Positions 37,026 through 47,044 of a stretch of DNA of 64,000 nt are shown piece by piece. The DNA lies in the sequence record MW388002.1. One strand, written 5' to 3'. The DNA is from Acinetobacter phage Mokit. The translations under genes and the position numbers were made by a program. Within the stretch, counting starts at the first letter, position 1, and every line of letters begins with the position of its first letter. The notes beneath the pieces are model-generated. The model was not told the origin of the DNA. It did no database searches and worked only from the letters and a program-made list of their open reading frames with translations.

Positions 37026-37046
37026 TATGGAGCCCGAAGGCTCCAT
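37026..37046 (-). promoter_or_regulatory. GC hairpin between the two glycosyltransferase paralogs
   Basis: GGAGCC-CGAA-GGCTCC (minus strand GGAGCC-UUCG-GGCUCC). Confidence 0.4.
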
Positions 37047-37054
37047 TTTCAGAA

Positions 37055-38176
37055 TTATTTTAAAACAGCTTCCCAGAGCTTAAAGTACGCTTCTTCATTA
37101 AATTTCTTATAAAGATATTCTGCTCTTGCAACTCGTTGCTCATATGTATCTTCAAAATCATTTAATGCCTTGGCATATAACTCGATTAGTTCTTGAGTGC
37201 TTGCGCCTTCTTCAAATTCAACTCGAACAGTATTAGGGTCGTACTCAAATGTAGCATGGTTGTATCCTTTTTGAATTAGTTGAAGTACTGGCGTACCTTG
37301 TGAGATTGCCTCAAGTGAGCCATTCTCTACTGTGCCAGTGTTGTGGCAAGTATTAACAAGAAGTTTTGCTGTCGAAATTTCGGTTTGAACTGCTTGTCGT
37401 TTTGCATCAATAATTACCCAATGGTCTTGTTTGAGCCATTTCTTACCCGGAGCCCATTTAGAAGGACAAAAGGCAATCTTAGGACCATTGTATAATTCCA
37501 TTGCGCCGAATGCAACGCTTGATTTTCTAAACGTATTATCAAATCGTTGGGCTTGAACAATGTGTCCTTCAGATTCAAGAACTGTTGGGCGTTCGCTAAT
37601 AAGAATAGGTGGATAAAATTCATCCGCAATAATATCATTAGCTTGCCAGTAATCAAAATCAATAACTTCTGCAGCAATTCGTTCATTCATTTTTGAATAA
37701 ACATTTGCAGCTAAGTCTTTAAAGGTTTGAGTTGGGACAATATTTTTTCCACCTAGTTTATGAACCATCACTGCATTATTCCAACATTGAACAATACCTC
37801 GAACTGATGGATCAAGAGGTGTCGCAAGAATATTCCGAACTTTTGAAATTTGTCCAAGCTCGGCGAGCGTATTGAGGACCATTTTGCTACCTTCAATAAT
37901 TACAATAGCATCATATTGATCCCAGTCTGTAATTTCTTGAAGTTTGTATTTGATTTTATATGCATGGGCAGTTGTAAACTTGGCTCCAATCGGTTTGTCA
38001 ATAGATAATGTATTGACCTTTACGTCACCAAATTCTTCATCGCCAAATGCAACATAATCGATATCATGGACCTTAGACAAATTCACAATAAAATTATATT
38101 GAACTGCTTCAAGGCCGCCATCAACACGTTTAATGTTAAAAGGCACAGAACGACAAGGTAAGTATAAAATTTTCAT
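37055..38176 (-). CDS. glycosyltransferase, GT-B fold; paralog 2
   Basis: MKILYLPCRS... aligns from M9 of the track ORF with the paralog N-terminus (track M1 is TTG); TGTVENGSLEAISQGTPVLQL motif. Confidence 0.55.
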   Translation of the reverse strand: MKILYLPCRSVPFNIKRVDGGLEAVQYNFIVNLSKVHDIDYVAFGDEEFGDVKVNTLSIDKPIGAKFTTAHAYKIKYKLQEITDWDQYDAIVIIEGSKMVLNTLAELGQISKVRNILATPLDPSVRGIVQCWNNAVMVHKLGGKNIVPTQTFKDLAANVYSKMNERIAAEVIDFDYWQANDIIADEFYPPILISERPTVLESEGHIVQAQRFDNTFRKSSVAFGAMELYNGPKIAFCPSKWAPGKKWLKQDHWVIIDAKRQAVQTEISTAKLLVNTCHNTGTVENGSLEAISQGTPVLQLIQKGYNHATFEYDPNTVRVEFEEGASTQELIELYAKALNDFEDTYEQRVARAEYLYKKFNEEAYFKLWEAVLK

Positions 38177-38177
38177 A

Positions 38178-38720
38178 TTAAGGTCCAATAAATTCTTCAA
38201 TTTTTAAGTCTTCCATTACTTTTTCAAATGGAACGATATCGTTAATATTGTTGTACACATCATGGTCAAGAATTTGATATGGAGTTATTCCAAATTCATT
38301 GTACACGTCTTCAAATTTGTCAACAATTGCATTAAATTGTTCTTCACTAATCGAAATCAAATCATCTGCAAAGCTGTCATTAAGTTTATTACGTGTAAGA
38401 CCGACCACTAAGACATCATTTTGTTTGATGAATCTTTTGAAATCATCTTTGAAAATTTGGGTCGGTTTGCCACGAAGAACACTTTCATATACAATGTTAC
38501 TTAAACCGCCACGATCAAGAATATATGTTGTGTCACTATCAACAAATCTCAACATTGTTTCAAATATCGCAACTTCATTTCGAGATACACAAGTGAAACG
38601 ACCTTCACTTGTGCGTTTAGGAAATGGCATCAACACTGCAGGAGTGAATCGTTCTAGATTTGATATGAACGTAGTTTTGCCTGCATTGTCAGGACCTTCA
38701 ACTAAGATTAGTTTTGCCAT
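38178..38720 (-). CDS. P-loop nucleotide/nucleoside-monophosphate kinase-like protein
   Basis: Walker A ILVEGPDNAGKTT at the N-terminus; thymidylate-kinase-like size (180 aa). Confidence 0.5.
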   Translation of the reverse strand: MAKLILVEGPDNAGKTTFISNLERFTPAVLMPFPKRTSEGRFTCVSRNEVAIFETMLRFVDSDTTYILDRGGLSNIVYESVLRGKPTQIFKDDFKRFIKQNDVLVVGLTRNKLNDSFADDLISISEEQFNAIVDKFEDVYNEFGITPYQILDHDVYNNINDIVPFEKVMEDLKIEEFIGP

Positions 38721-39652
38721 ACATCACCTGTAATTAGAATATCATCAATCGTTGGTATATTATAATCACTAATAATGTTAGCATCGAAATAAATCAATTC
38801 ACCTAGTCCAGGATGAAACACATTATCTGGATTTTCATTGTAGATAATTGTGGGGTGCTGCGAAAGTACAATATAATATGAAACTTTATCTAGTTTGCAC
38901 TCCATGATCTCTAAGTCAGGGTACAATTCATCAAGCGTCGGTTTTTTATCAACAAATGTGTCATTAGGATCAGTAATGAGCAATATGTTCCCAGTTTCAG
39001 CACAAGTCTTGGCAACACTCATGAAATCATAACATGGATCAGATATTCTAAATGGAAAGAAAACCATGTTTGAATTGAGAGGCTGAATTTCAGAATAGTC
39101 AATACGATTAGTATAACGTTCAATTACACTTGGGTTAACCACTTTCTGGGAAACAGTGATTTTTTCCGCAGAAATGCCACTTGCAACAAATTCATCCTTT
39201 TGGTTTTGATTAAGTACAAATACTTTTATTGCAGATTGAGCACTTTCGAGATCTTTTTCCCACCACTTATCGATATACAATCGCGTCAATCCAGAAACTT
39301 TAGAAATATTAGCATTGAAAATAAATTCATGTGTACCGTTATATCCAGTGATGTCAGTAATCAATGTATCAAGATTGTATACTTTCATAATCTCATCAAC
39401 ATTTTCTTGATTCCATGTCCAGAACCAATGACGTGTTTCATCTGCATTGAAGCCATAATGAAATTGAACAAATTTGAAATCCGGGAACAAGTATGTCAAA
39501 TCGCCCATGTCAGAAATGTCAAAAGGCACTGCAATCAAATCACCTGGTTGTGCACGATGTAAATGCAATTGAAAGTTACCGTCCTTGAGGACGGAATACT
39601 TTCTTGTGCTATACGATCGCATCGAAAAAATTGGTACAATCATTCTAGCCAT
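38708..39652 (-). CDS. hypothetical protein (314 aa) within the DNA-modification cluster
   Basis: ORF between kinase and hydroxymethylase; no motif recognised. Confidence 0.45.
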   Translation of the reverse strand: MARMIVPIFSMRSYSTRKYSVLKDGNFQLHLHRAQPGDLIAVPFDISDMGDLTYLFPDFKFVQFHYGFNADETRHWFWTWNQENVDEIMKVYNLDTLITDITGYNGTHEFIFNANISKVSGLTRLYIDKWWEKDLESAQSAIKVFVLNQNQKDEFVASGISAEKITVSQKVVNPSVIERYTNRIDYSEIQPLNSNMVFFPFRISDPCYDFMSVAKTCAETGNILLITDPNDTFVDKKPTLDELYPDLEIMECKLDKVSYYIVLSQHPTIIYNENPDNVFHPGLGELIYFDANIISDYNIPTIDDILITGDVWQN

Positions 39653-39657
39653 ATCGT

Positions 39658-40362
39658 TTATCCTAAAAAGTTTTTAACGTAATCTAAATCACGTTCAAAT
39701 ACATGAGCAGAAACAATAGAATGTGCATAAGTGCCTAATTCAACATTGCATTCTTTTGAGATATATTCCATGAATCGATGCATCAAATAAAAATCAAGCT
39801 GCATAACTACTGCACAGTTTTGACTTCTCATATGTGTATGCATGTACAAACGTCCTTCACGAATATAAAAGGTAACAGAATCTGTACAAGGATATTCTAG
39901 TGATTCATCTGCATCTAAAAGCACTTGATCTTGCTCTTGCAGAATTTGAAAAACTACACGCCGTGAGTTCGGTTTTTCTTTAAGCTCTTTGATAAGGGCC
40001 GGTAACTGTGAAACAATTCGTGGGCCATAGAAGGTATTGAAATTTGCAGGTAAAGCATCCGTTTTCGGTTTCGCAATAAATTTCGCGACATTTGGATAGT
40101 CCTTAAACGCTTGTTCCGCATCTGTGCCACCTTGAATCATGAATTCCCAGAATTTTTCCGCATAACCATAATCAATACGATTAATATTTTTATCTTTGAA
40201 AACCGCACCGGTATCTGGAAGTGCTACTTCTAAAAGAATTGATCCGATTTCACGACATTTGCCAATACGAGAATCCGTGACAAATTCAGGTTCAGTAATC
40301 ACTAGATAATTGAGTCGCTTGAATGCTTCTTCAAATGTGCTAGCTAAAATATACTTTGGCAT
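39658..40362 (-). CDS. 42: dCMP hydroxymethylase (thymidylate-synthase-family pyrimidine hydroxymethylase, gp42-like)
   Basis: NSRRVVFQI, catalytic-Cys context YPCTDSVTFY and MHTHMRSQN correspond to T4 dCH motifs. Confidence 0.7.
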   Translation of the reverse strand: MPKYILASTFEEAFKRLNYLVITEPEFVTDSRIGKCREIGSILLEVALPDTGAVFKDKNINRIDYGYAEKFWEFMIQGGTDAEQAFKDYPNVAKFIAKPKTDALPANFNTFYGPRIVSQLPALIKELKEKPNSRRVVFQILQEQDQVLLDADESLEYPCTDSVTFYIREGRLYMHTHMRSQNCAVVMQLDFYLMHRFMEYISKECNVELGTYAHSIVSAHVFERDLDYVKNFLG

Positions 40363-40364
40363 TA

Positions 40365-40742
40365 TTACACCTCCGGTACGTATGGATGTTTAGATAATAA
40401 TTCATTATTACGAAAAGCGTCTTTGAATTCCTTAGGATTTAATGCTTTATCGTCAATGATCCAGTCATACACAGGTTTGTGTGTGAGTAATTGATGATAT
40501 TTCAGTTTAATTTTTTCAAGATTTTTAACTAATGCGGGCACAATAGCTCGGCTTATTGCATCTGAACCTACTGATGTCATGCCACGTGCAGTGAACAGTG
40601 TTATATGATGCCCTTGATCATATAACTCATTGATCATTGATACCATTTCAAGATCAGGTTTGAAATTTTCATAGTCACGACTATCATCCCAAAGAGTGAT
40701 AGTGTTATCTATGTCAAAACAAAATTGTTTTGGTCGAATCAT
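40365..40742 (-). CDS. HAD-superfamily phosphatase (DxDxT)
   Basis: FCFDIDNTIT motif I near the N-terminus; small cap-less HAD size. Confidence 0.55.
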   Translation of the reverse strand: MIRPKQFCFDIDNTITLWDDSRDYENFKPDLEMVSMINELYDQGHHITLFTARGMTSVGSDAISRAIVPALVKNLEKIKLKYHQLLTHKPVYDWIIDDKALNPKEFKDAFRNNELLSKHPYVPEV

Positions 40743-42412
40743 TGAATTTTCTCCCAGTGCATATCACCGATAAATTTCGAAGGGCGATATTTTTCACCTG
40801 TTTCAAGATCAGTTAATAGCCATTTGTCTGTATTTTTTGTAGATAGTACTGCATGAACTAATCCTGAATCATGAGCCACTGATCCATCTTTCAAACGACG
40901 TCCCATTTTATCAAGAGCAGTCGTTAACAAATACATACCGTAGTAGAATGCACTAACGGATTTCAATGGATTATTTTTGAAATATCCTGCAAGAGCAATC
41001 CAAATCACTGCAACCCAGAGATGATGGTATTCGTTAAAATATTTACTATGAAGAGATGTTACGCTTAATGGCTCGATATTGATCGTTGCAGCATTACCGT
41101 TGATGGCTAATCCACCCCACATATGATCTGAATTAAATTTATCATAACCTGATAATGCATAAAGCACTTTAGCTTCATCATAAATTCGCGGCCCATAGAT
41201 TTTTGTTTTGCCAAAATAGCCACGTGGATCAATTAGTCGAACTTCACCATTTTGATCAAGCATCAAATTACTAAAGTTTGGATCACCGTGAATAACGTAA
41301 TAGTCTTTGTCACTAGCCTCATATGTTAAATGCGCAAAGGCTTGATTTAACATTGTTTCTAAACGTCCAATTTTGACATTGTTTACATATTCGATGTCGC
41401 CAAATGATTTAATGACTCCTTTAATTTCATCACAACGGCTCATGACTTTGACAATGACCTCATATTGATAATCATTGATGATCTGTTCACGAGATGTAAA
41501 TTCTGGCATTTTATCAAATTTGAGAGTCTCGAGAATTTTCGGCAATAATTCTGGCGTATACACTTCAAACATCGGTTTGCCGATGATACGTTCCATTTTG
41601 AATGACATCATTTTGTCAGTTTCACGATGATCAAGAATTTTTGGCAATGCAGGGCTATCAACCTTTGCATACCATGCAAGTTCTTCTTTTTGCAATTGAC
41701 GTCCTTTTTCATTGATCGCCGCTTTATAAACGACACCTGAGGCCATAGTCACTTGGTTGAATTCACGATTAAGTTCACGATTACGATGTGCAATTTCAAG
41801 CTTAGGCTTGTCCCCTAAGTCAACTAAATTAAGCAAATAATCTTGATAAAACGCTTCATTTGTCGTGTCAATTAATTCAACAAAATCACGCCCTTTGAAG
41901 AACTCATTAGCTTCATCTTTATCTTTGATACGCGAAATAAAGAAATCACGATATTGATATACGCCTACAACGTTACCGCCTGTACCAACAATGTGTTCTT
42001 TCAAAGTTTTACCATTGTAGCTATATCGACATTCATCGCCAAAGGTATAGATTGCATTTGCATCCCATCGAAATGCATCAAAATCCGGGATGACATCACA
42101 CCAGTTAAAAACAACGTTGTGACCGTTGACATGATCTGCTAATCTAGAAATTGCATAAGCCGAACCATACGCTTCATCGACAGTTTCGACAACAATGTCA
42201 AGCCCGAACAACTTTGCATATTCTTTAACTTGTGAAGCAAACTTGCTATGAACAGCCACAATAATTTGTTCAGCACCAAGTCTAGTGTACAATGAATATA
42301 AATGATGCAAAATTGTGTGTTGCTTATAATTCACTAAGACTTTAGGAATATGATGGGTGATTGGATATAGGCGAGTTGCAAGTCCTGCACCTAAAATTAC
42401 GACTTTTTTCAT
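40739..42412 (-). CDS. bifunctional sugar-1-phosphate nucleotidylyltransferase (N-terminal) / APH-ChoK-family sugar kinase (C-terminal)
   Basis: MKKVVILGAGLATRL (G-x-G-x-R NTP-transferase motif); C-terminal VIHGDPNFSNLMLD...LIDPRG resembles aminoglycoside/choline-kinase catalytic loop. Confidence 0.6.
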   Translation of the reverse strand: MKKVVILGAGLATRLYPITHHIPKVLVNYKQHTILHHLYSLYTRLGAEQIIVAVHSKFASQVKEYAKLFGLDIVVETVDEAYGSAYAISRLADHVNGHNVVFNWCDVIPDFDAFRWDANAIYTFGDECRYSYNGKTLKEHIVGTGGNVVGVYQYRDFFISRIKDKDEANEFFKGRDFVELIDTTNEAFYQDYLLNLVDLGDKPKLEIAHRNRELNREFNQVTMASGVVYKAAINEKGRQLQKEELAWYAKVDSPALPKILDHRETDKMMSFKMERIIGKPMFEVYTPELLPKILETLKFDKMPEFTSREQIINDYQYEVIVKVMSRCDEIKGVIKSFGDIEYVNNVKIGRLETMLNQAFAHLTYEASDKDYYVIHGDPNFSNLMLDQNGEVRLIDPRGYFGKTKIYGPRIYDEAKVLYALSGYDKFNSDHMWGGLAINGNAATINIEPLSVTSLHSKYFNEYHHLWVAVIWIALAGYFKNNPLKSVSAFYYGMYLLTTALDKMGRRLKDGSVAHDSGLVHAVLSTKNTDKWLLTDLETGEKYRPSKFIGDMHWEKIQ

Positions 42413-42471
42413 ATTGTTTATTCCTAAGAAAGAACTATGACAATTATATCATAGTTCTTATGTAAAGTAAA

Positions 42472-43104
42472 TTATTTTGATTCAGATTTGAGCATTGCTC
42501 CAAGTGAACCACCTGGATGGTATGAATAAAAATCTTCACGAGTGAATCTAAGGTGTTTAGACAAAATTACACCAATAGTATCCAACAAAACCAATAGCAC
42601 TGTTGTACTTGTTGTGGGTGCAAGATGATTATCATCGCATTCGACAATGCCTGGAATACCAAATTCGATGTCAAATGGCGCCTTTTGTTCTTCAGTTAAC
42701 TGGCTATTGCAGTGCAACAAGATTTGAAGAACATTAGGACGAATAGTCTTCAAATGGCGCGCCATATATTGCATTTCTTCTGTTTTACCAGAACGCGAAA
42801 CATGAATAACTATGTCATCATGTCCGATAAATCCTGCATCGCCATGAGAATAATGGCACGTGTTCAAATACATAGACGGGATGCCAAGGCTTGCAAATGT
42901 TTCAGACGCCTTAGTTGCAAGATTTGAATTTTTACCTACGCCAGTAATCACGATGCGTTGACGATAGTTTGATGCTGCAACTACCTTTAGAATATCAATC
43001 ATGTTTGAATATTTGTCGCCATTTACCGCGATAGCAGTATGAAGATAATCTAATGCATCATTTTGATCTTCAACTACTTTTAATGCTAAATCGATGTTAT
43101 CCAT
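42472..43104 (-). CDS. SIS-domain sugar-phosphate isomerase (GmhA/KdsD-like)
   Basis: IVITGVGKNSNLATKASETFASLGIPS ... IVIHVSRSGKTEE typical of SIS phosphosugar isomerases. Confidence 0.6.
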   Translation of the reverse strand: MDNIDLALKVVEDQNDALDYLHTAIAVNGDKYSNMIDILKVVAASNYRQRIVITGVGKNSNLATKASETFASLGIPSMYLNTCHYSHGDAGFIGHDDIVIHVSRSGKTEEMQYMARHLKTIRPNVLQILLHCNSQLTEEQKAPFDIEFGIPGIVECDDNHLAPTTSTTVLLVLLDTIGVILSKHLRFTREDFYSYHPGGSLGAMLKSESK

Positions 43105-43144
43105 AATTACCTCATTGATCGTTGATGGACTTATTATATCACTA

Positions 43145-43468
43145 TTATTGTGTTAGCATAGATCTGCTAACAGTAAAAGTTATTTTAGCCTGGAACCAAT
43201 CACGTCCGATTTCTTGTTCAGGTTCAAATCCAACTTGCATTTGGGTGCGTCCCATCGCAACGTATTCCCTAGAAATGAATTCATACATTTCCTTGAGTGT
43301 GGATTCCGTCATTGAAGTAGCGCTATGTGTTCGTTGCCAGGAATCTGAGTCCGGACGTTCCGTGATATCTCGTGCCAAGAGAGTTTCCATTGCTTCAATA
43401 ATAGGTGCTACTTCTTCAACATTAGTGAAACGAGGTGTCTTTTTCAGCAGTTCTTTGAAATCAATCAT
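43145..43468 (-). CDS. hypothetical protein
   Basis: 107 aa ORF. Confidence 0.45.
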   Translation of the reverse strand: MIDFKELLKKTPRFTNVEEVAPIIEAMETLLARDITERPDSDSWQRTHSATSMTESTLKEMYEFISREYVAMGRTQMQVGFEPEQEIGRDWFQAKITFTVSRSMLTQ

Positions 43469-43781
43469 TTAAAAGACCTTCTAATGCAAAAATACATTTA
43501 TCAAATTTGGACATCACTATGCTTACAGTTTCTGAATCTACAGGCCCGTCTCGAGTGATGTCAGACCACAAGAAGCTAAATATTAAATCAGGGTCATTGT
43601 CTTGTGCCCATCCACTAGTATAAACTCTAACATCAGCCCAATCTACATGAGGTGAATATGAATAGAATGCATCAATGCCCTTTTTACTCAATGATATGCA
43701 TAGTGAAAGGATTTTATGATGTTTATCATTGATTTGCTCATTGATAAAATCAACGTCAACATAATCTTCATCGATTTCCAT
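43461..43781 (-). CDS. hypothetical protein
   Basis: 106 aa ORF. Confidence 0.45.
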   Translation of the reverse strand: MEIDEDYVDVDFINEQINDKHHKILSLCISLSKKGIDAFYSYSPHVDWADVRVYTSGWAQDNDPDLIFSFLWSDITRDGPVDSETVSIVMSKFDKCIFALEGLLND

Positions 43782-44233
43782 TAGTACAAGTTCTCCGAAT
43801 AAAGAGTTCCGCCTTTAGATGTATCACCACCTACACGACAAACAATTTGCTGTTGCTCTGCTGCAATTTTCCAAGCTTCTTGGCGATTAACAAATCGATG
43901 TTTATTTGTTAAGAATCCTTGTACTTCTGTTTCACGATATAGAATTGTTTCACCACTATTGTGTCCAACAAATGACGAATACATCACATCACATGCATGG
44001 CGAACACCTGCAATTACAACTTTGTTTCCATTGTGATCTGTGTACTGGTTTGCAGCACAAACAATACGTTCAGGTACAATATGCATTCGGCCTTCAGGCA
44101 ATTTGTTAATATCATATTTAGGCAAATCAGTCAATTCTTCACATTTCCGTTGCCATGCCATGTTTGCATGTGCCAAATGATTAACTTCAAATTCATGTAC
44201 CTGTTTTAATTTTGAAACTTCTGCTTCAGTCAT
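43781..44233 (-). CDS. hypothetical protein (150 aa)
   Basis: ORF. Confidence 0.45.
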   Translation of the reverse strand: MTEAEVSKLKQVHEFEVNHLAHANMAWQRKCEELTDLPKYDINKLPEGRMHIVPERIVCAANQYTDHNGNKVVIAGVRHACDVMYSSFVGHNSGETILYRETEVQGFLTNKHRFVNRQEAWKIAAEQQQIVCRVGGDTSKGGTLYSENLY

Positions 44234-44234
44234 T

Positions 44235-44588
44235 TTATTTGACTCCCATGCATGTATCTAATAATGTACGATAGTGTTTTGAATTAAGATAGCCAAACCG
44301 GAAAACAGTCTCATCGATTGCCATTTGGCGACAAATCTGAACTGCGATAACTTCTGGTGAAATTTGCGGTTTGTTTCGTAGTTGTTCCATCACAGGGCGT
44401 TCAGATTCAACAGCCACATCAATATGTTGTTGCATAAGGCGTCGATGATTACGAATGTCTTCATCTAGAGCCTGTTGCCGAGCGTATTCTTTTTCAATGC
44501 ATTTAGTATCCCATTTGTAGCATCCAGGTACAGCAGCATTAACGGATGATAAAAATGATATGCCTAAAATTAAAAATAAATTCTTCAT
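44235..44588 (-). CDS. secreted/periplasmic hypothetical protein (signal peptide)
   Basis: N-terminal MKNLFLILGISFLSSVNAA signal sequence. Confidence 0.45.
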   Translation of the reverse strand: MKNLFLILGISFLSSVNAAVPGCYKWDTKCIEKEYARQQALDEDIRNHRRLMQQHIDVAVESERPVMEQLRNKPQISPEVIAVQICRQMAIDETVFRFGYLNSKHYRTLLDTCMGVK

Positions 44589-44881
44589 TAGATTGCTCCA
44601 ACAATATTTGCAATGAGCGCAAGATCTGCAACTCCAGCAACTGCTACTATTGCAAGTAAGAATAACGCAAATGCAATAGATTTAATAGTGTTCATTACAC
44701 CAATAGAGATTGCTGCAACAATGAATGCAATAAAGGTTGTTACTCCCATTGTAAAGAATCCTAATAAATTTAGAATTACTACTGCTACCATAATTGCAGT
44801 AGAGCTCTTATAATATGCTGCCATCACAATAGGGAACAATGATAAAAATATCGCTATAATACTTCCAAGGAGTAAGCTCAT
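44588..44881 (-). CDS. small polytopic membrane protein (97 aa; imm-region position)
   Basis: almost entirely hydrophobic; located between 42 and 43 where T4 carries imm. Confidence 0.45.
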   Translation of the reverse strand: MSLLLGSIIAIFLSLFPIVMAAYYKSSTAIMVAVVILNLLGFFTMGVTTFIAFIVAAISIGVMNTIKSIAFALFLLAIVAVAGVADLALIANIVGAI

Positions 44882-45186
44882 GATTCTTCTCCCACTAGTA
44901 AAATTAATTCAGTTTTAGTATTAAGTGATTGGTCAATAGGATGACAAGTGTTTTCCCAATTTCGTACAACGTCTTGGACTTCTGCAACAATTTCATATGT
45001 TGAGCCGAGCAGGCTATCCCAGTCTTCGCTGCAACGATTTGGATATTCATCAAAAACACTAATTACACCATTACGATCAACAGCTACACATGTTGCCCAT
45101 GATGGAATAGCTACTGAAGCCGATTCACGTTCTTCGCCTTTAATGAGAGTAATTTCTAAAGCATGCGGTCGATAATTAATTTTCAT
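44878..45186 (-). CDS. hypothetical protein
   Basis: 102 aa ORF. Confidence 0.45.
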   Translation of the reverse strand: MKINYRPHALEITLIKGEERESASVAIPSWATCVAVDRNGVISVFDEYPNRCSEDWDSLLGSTYEIVAEVQDVVRNWENTCHPIDQSLNTKTELILLVGEES

Positions 45187-45278
45187 TCGATTTCCTCATT
45201 AAGGATAATTTATTTGATAGTGCTATTATAACACCACAAAAGGCTAAAGTAAAACAAAACTTTAGCCTTTTGTGGTAA

Positions 45279-45578
45279 TTATCCGAAACGTTTTACAAAA
45301 TGTTCGACCATATTATCTGCAATTGCTGAAACAGATGATGTAATACCTGTTTGGCCGCTGATAATCGTACTATTTGGTAGATACGCTAGTGCGCATGCCT
45401 TCCAAAATTCTTTCTTTTCTAGCTCTGTTATAGGGCTCATAGGTGTACTAAACGCTTTATATTCATTAGCGTCATCAATTGTAGCAGTAGCTCTACATTT
45501 TCGACAACGAACTTTAGGAGGAGCACTTAATAACTGTGCGCTAAAATCAAAGTCATGGTTACACAATAATGAGTTCAT
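45279..45578 (-). CDS. hypothetical Cys-containing protein
   Basis: 99 aa ORF. Confidence 0.45.
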   Translation of the reverse strand: MNSLLCNHDFDFSAQLLSAPPKVRCRKCRATATIDDANEYKAFSTPMSPITELEKKEFWKACALAYLPNSTIISGQTGITSSVSAIADNMVEHFVKRFG

Positions 45579-45796
45579 TGTAAATAGTCCTTGAATGTGG
45601 TTGAGTATTCTTTAACGAGTTCTGTTGCCAGGCTTGCAAGATATTTTGCATTTTCTTCAGGAGAAGATCCAAATAATTTGCCGTTAGAAGTACCAGCAAC
45701 AACAATTGATTTCCATAACTCTTGTGCATCAGGAAGAAGCATTACCTTTGATTCAGGTGGGTTAAGCCAATCTAAAATAGCCATATCATACTCCAA
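45575..45796 (-). CDS. small hypothetical protein
   Basis: 73 aa ORF; GGAG RBS after a UUCG hairpin. Confidence 0.4.
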   Translation of the reverse strand: MEYDMAILDWLNPPESKVMLLPDAQELWKSIVVAGTSNGKLFGSSPEENAKYLASLATELVKEYSTTFKDYLQ

Positions 45797-45812
45797 GGCC
45801 CGAAGGCCCTAT
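45795..45812 (-). promoter_or_regulatory. UUCG-loop hairpin between 43B stop and next RBS
   Basis: minus strand GGCC-UUCG-GGCC then TTGGAGTATGAT-ATG. Confidence 0.45.
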
Positions 45813-45814
45813 AA

Positions 45815-47044
45815 TTAAAAATCGAACATATCCATCAACGATGAACGTTTTTCTGCTTGCATACCTGCAGATTCACACATACCTTCAAGAGGCTTTTTGT
45901 ATGTTTTACCAAATAAGTCCATGACATCCATATGCTTTAGAACATCTGCACGAATTTCTTTAGGCAATTCATTACCTGATGGCCATGCAATACACTTGTC
46001 ACCAAATGGATTTCCAGGTTTAAGAGGCAAGATCATTACCTTTTCGCCTTCTGAAATATCTGGCAAGTTATCGTATTTCTTAATTGCACGTCGGTATGTA
46101 AGAACACCACGAACATGACTTGGACATTTAAGACCCGGGAATCCATTCACATCATATTTTGCAATATTATTTGCAGAACGAACACCAGCAATTACTTTAT
46201 AATCAAGATTTCTGAATTCGTTTTCAAATTTCTTGAAATACTCTTGTAATGGTTTTTCACCTTCTTGGAGCATAATACGAATACTTTCTAACAATGCATC
46301 TTTGACCGCTTTAGGCGTTGATGATTGTTGAGTTTCCATGCCCATGATTTTTAAGTATGGCTCTTTGAAACGTGTACCTTCCATGTCATAGACATTAAGT
46401 GCATATCGTTTCTTGGCACGCCAGAATCCGCCGATGCCGTTAGAACCAAGTGGTGGGCATGCAATAGCTTCACGATCCATAAACATCAATTGTTCATAGT
46501 TGTTGAGATATTCACACATCTCTTTAAACCCATCATTAATAACTGGTTCGATTTTCTTCGAAGCTACTGCATCTAAAAAGTCAACAAGCTTTTCAGTCGA
46601 TGAGAATTTATCGATGCCAACTTTTTCGATTAATGGGCTTAGTTCGATATACAATGAGTCAGTATCGCCATAAATAACATAAGGGTGATCTGTAGTTCCA
46701 CATAGTTCGTTTAAGTATGCATTAATCTTTCGTTCAGTCCATTGAAGAACCATTTGCCCAAAGATTGTAATAGCTTCAGCATTTCTAAGATCGTAAAATC
46801 TAAAATAGATGTTACCGAGTGCGCCATATAAACTGTTAATTAATAGCTTTCGGTTAATTTGATTTGTATCACATAAAGTGATGTAATTTTCACATTGTGT
46901 TTCAAGTGCATTGAGTTCTTCTTGTGAAAGAGATTTGAGATATTCAATTTCACTTTCGGTGAAGTCTCGACTAAAATCAAGATTCATATAATCTCCAAAG
47001 ATAGGGTTTATTGACTCAAATGGGATATGATAACATTTTATCAT
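45815..47044 (-). CDS. 43: DNA polymerase gp43, C-terminal part (43B: palm motifs B/C, thumb)
   Basis: KLLINSLYGALGN (motif B), YGDTDSLYI (motif C), C-terminus ...MDMFDF align with T4 gp43 residues ~480-898; an alternative ATG at 46987 has a stronger RBS (TGGAGATTAT). Confidence 0.85.
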   Translation of the reverse strand: MIKCYHIPFESINPIFGDYMNLDFSRDFTESEIEYLKSLSQEELNALETQCENYITLCDTNQINRKLLINSLYGALGNIYFRFYDLRNAEAITIFGQMVLQWTERKINAYLNELCGTTDHPYVIYGDTDSLYIELSPLIEKVGIDKFSSTEKLVDFLDAVASKKIEPVINDGFKEMCEYLNNYEQLMFMDREAIACPPLGSNGIGGFWRAKKRYALNVYDMEGTRFKEPYLKIMGMETQQSSTPKAVKDALLESIRIMLQEGEKPLQEYFKKFENEFRNLDYKVIAGVRSANNIAKYDVNGFPGLKCPSHVRGVLTYRRAIKKYDNLPDISEGEKVMILPLKPGNPFGDKCIAWPSGNELPKEIRADVLKHMDVMDLFGKTYKKPLEGMCESAGMQAEKRSSLMDMFDF

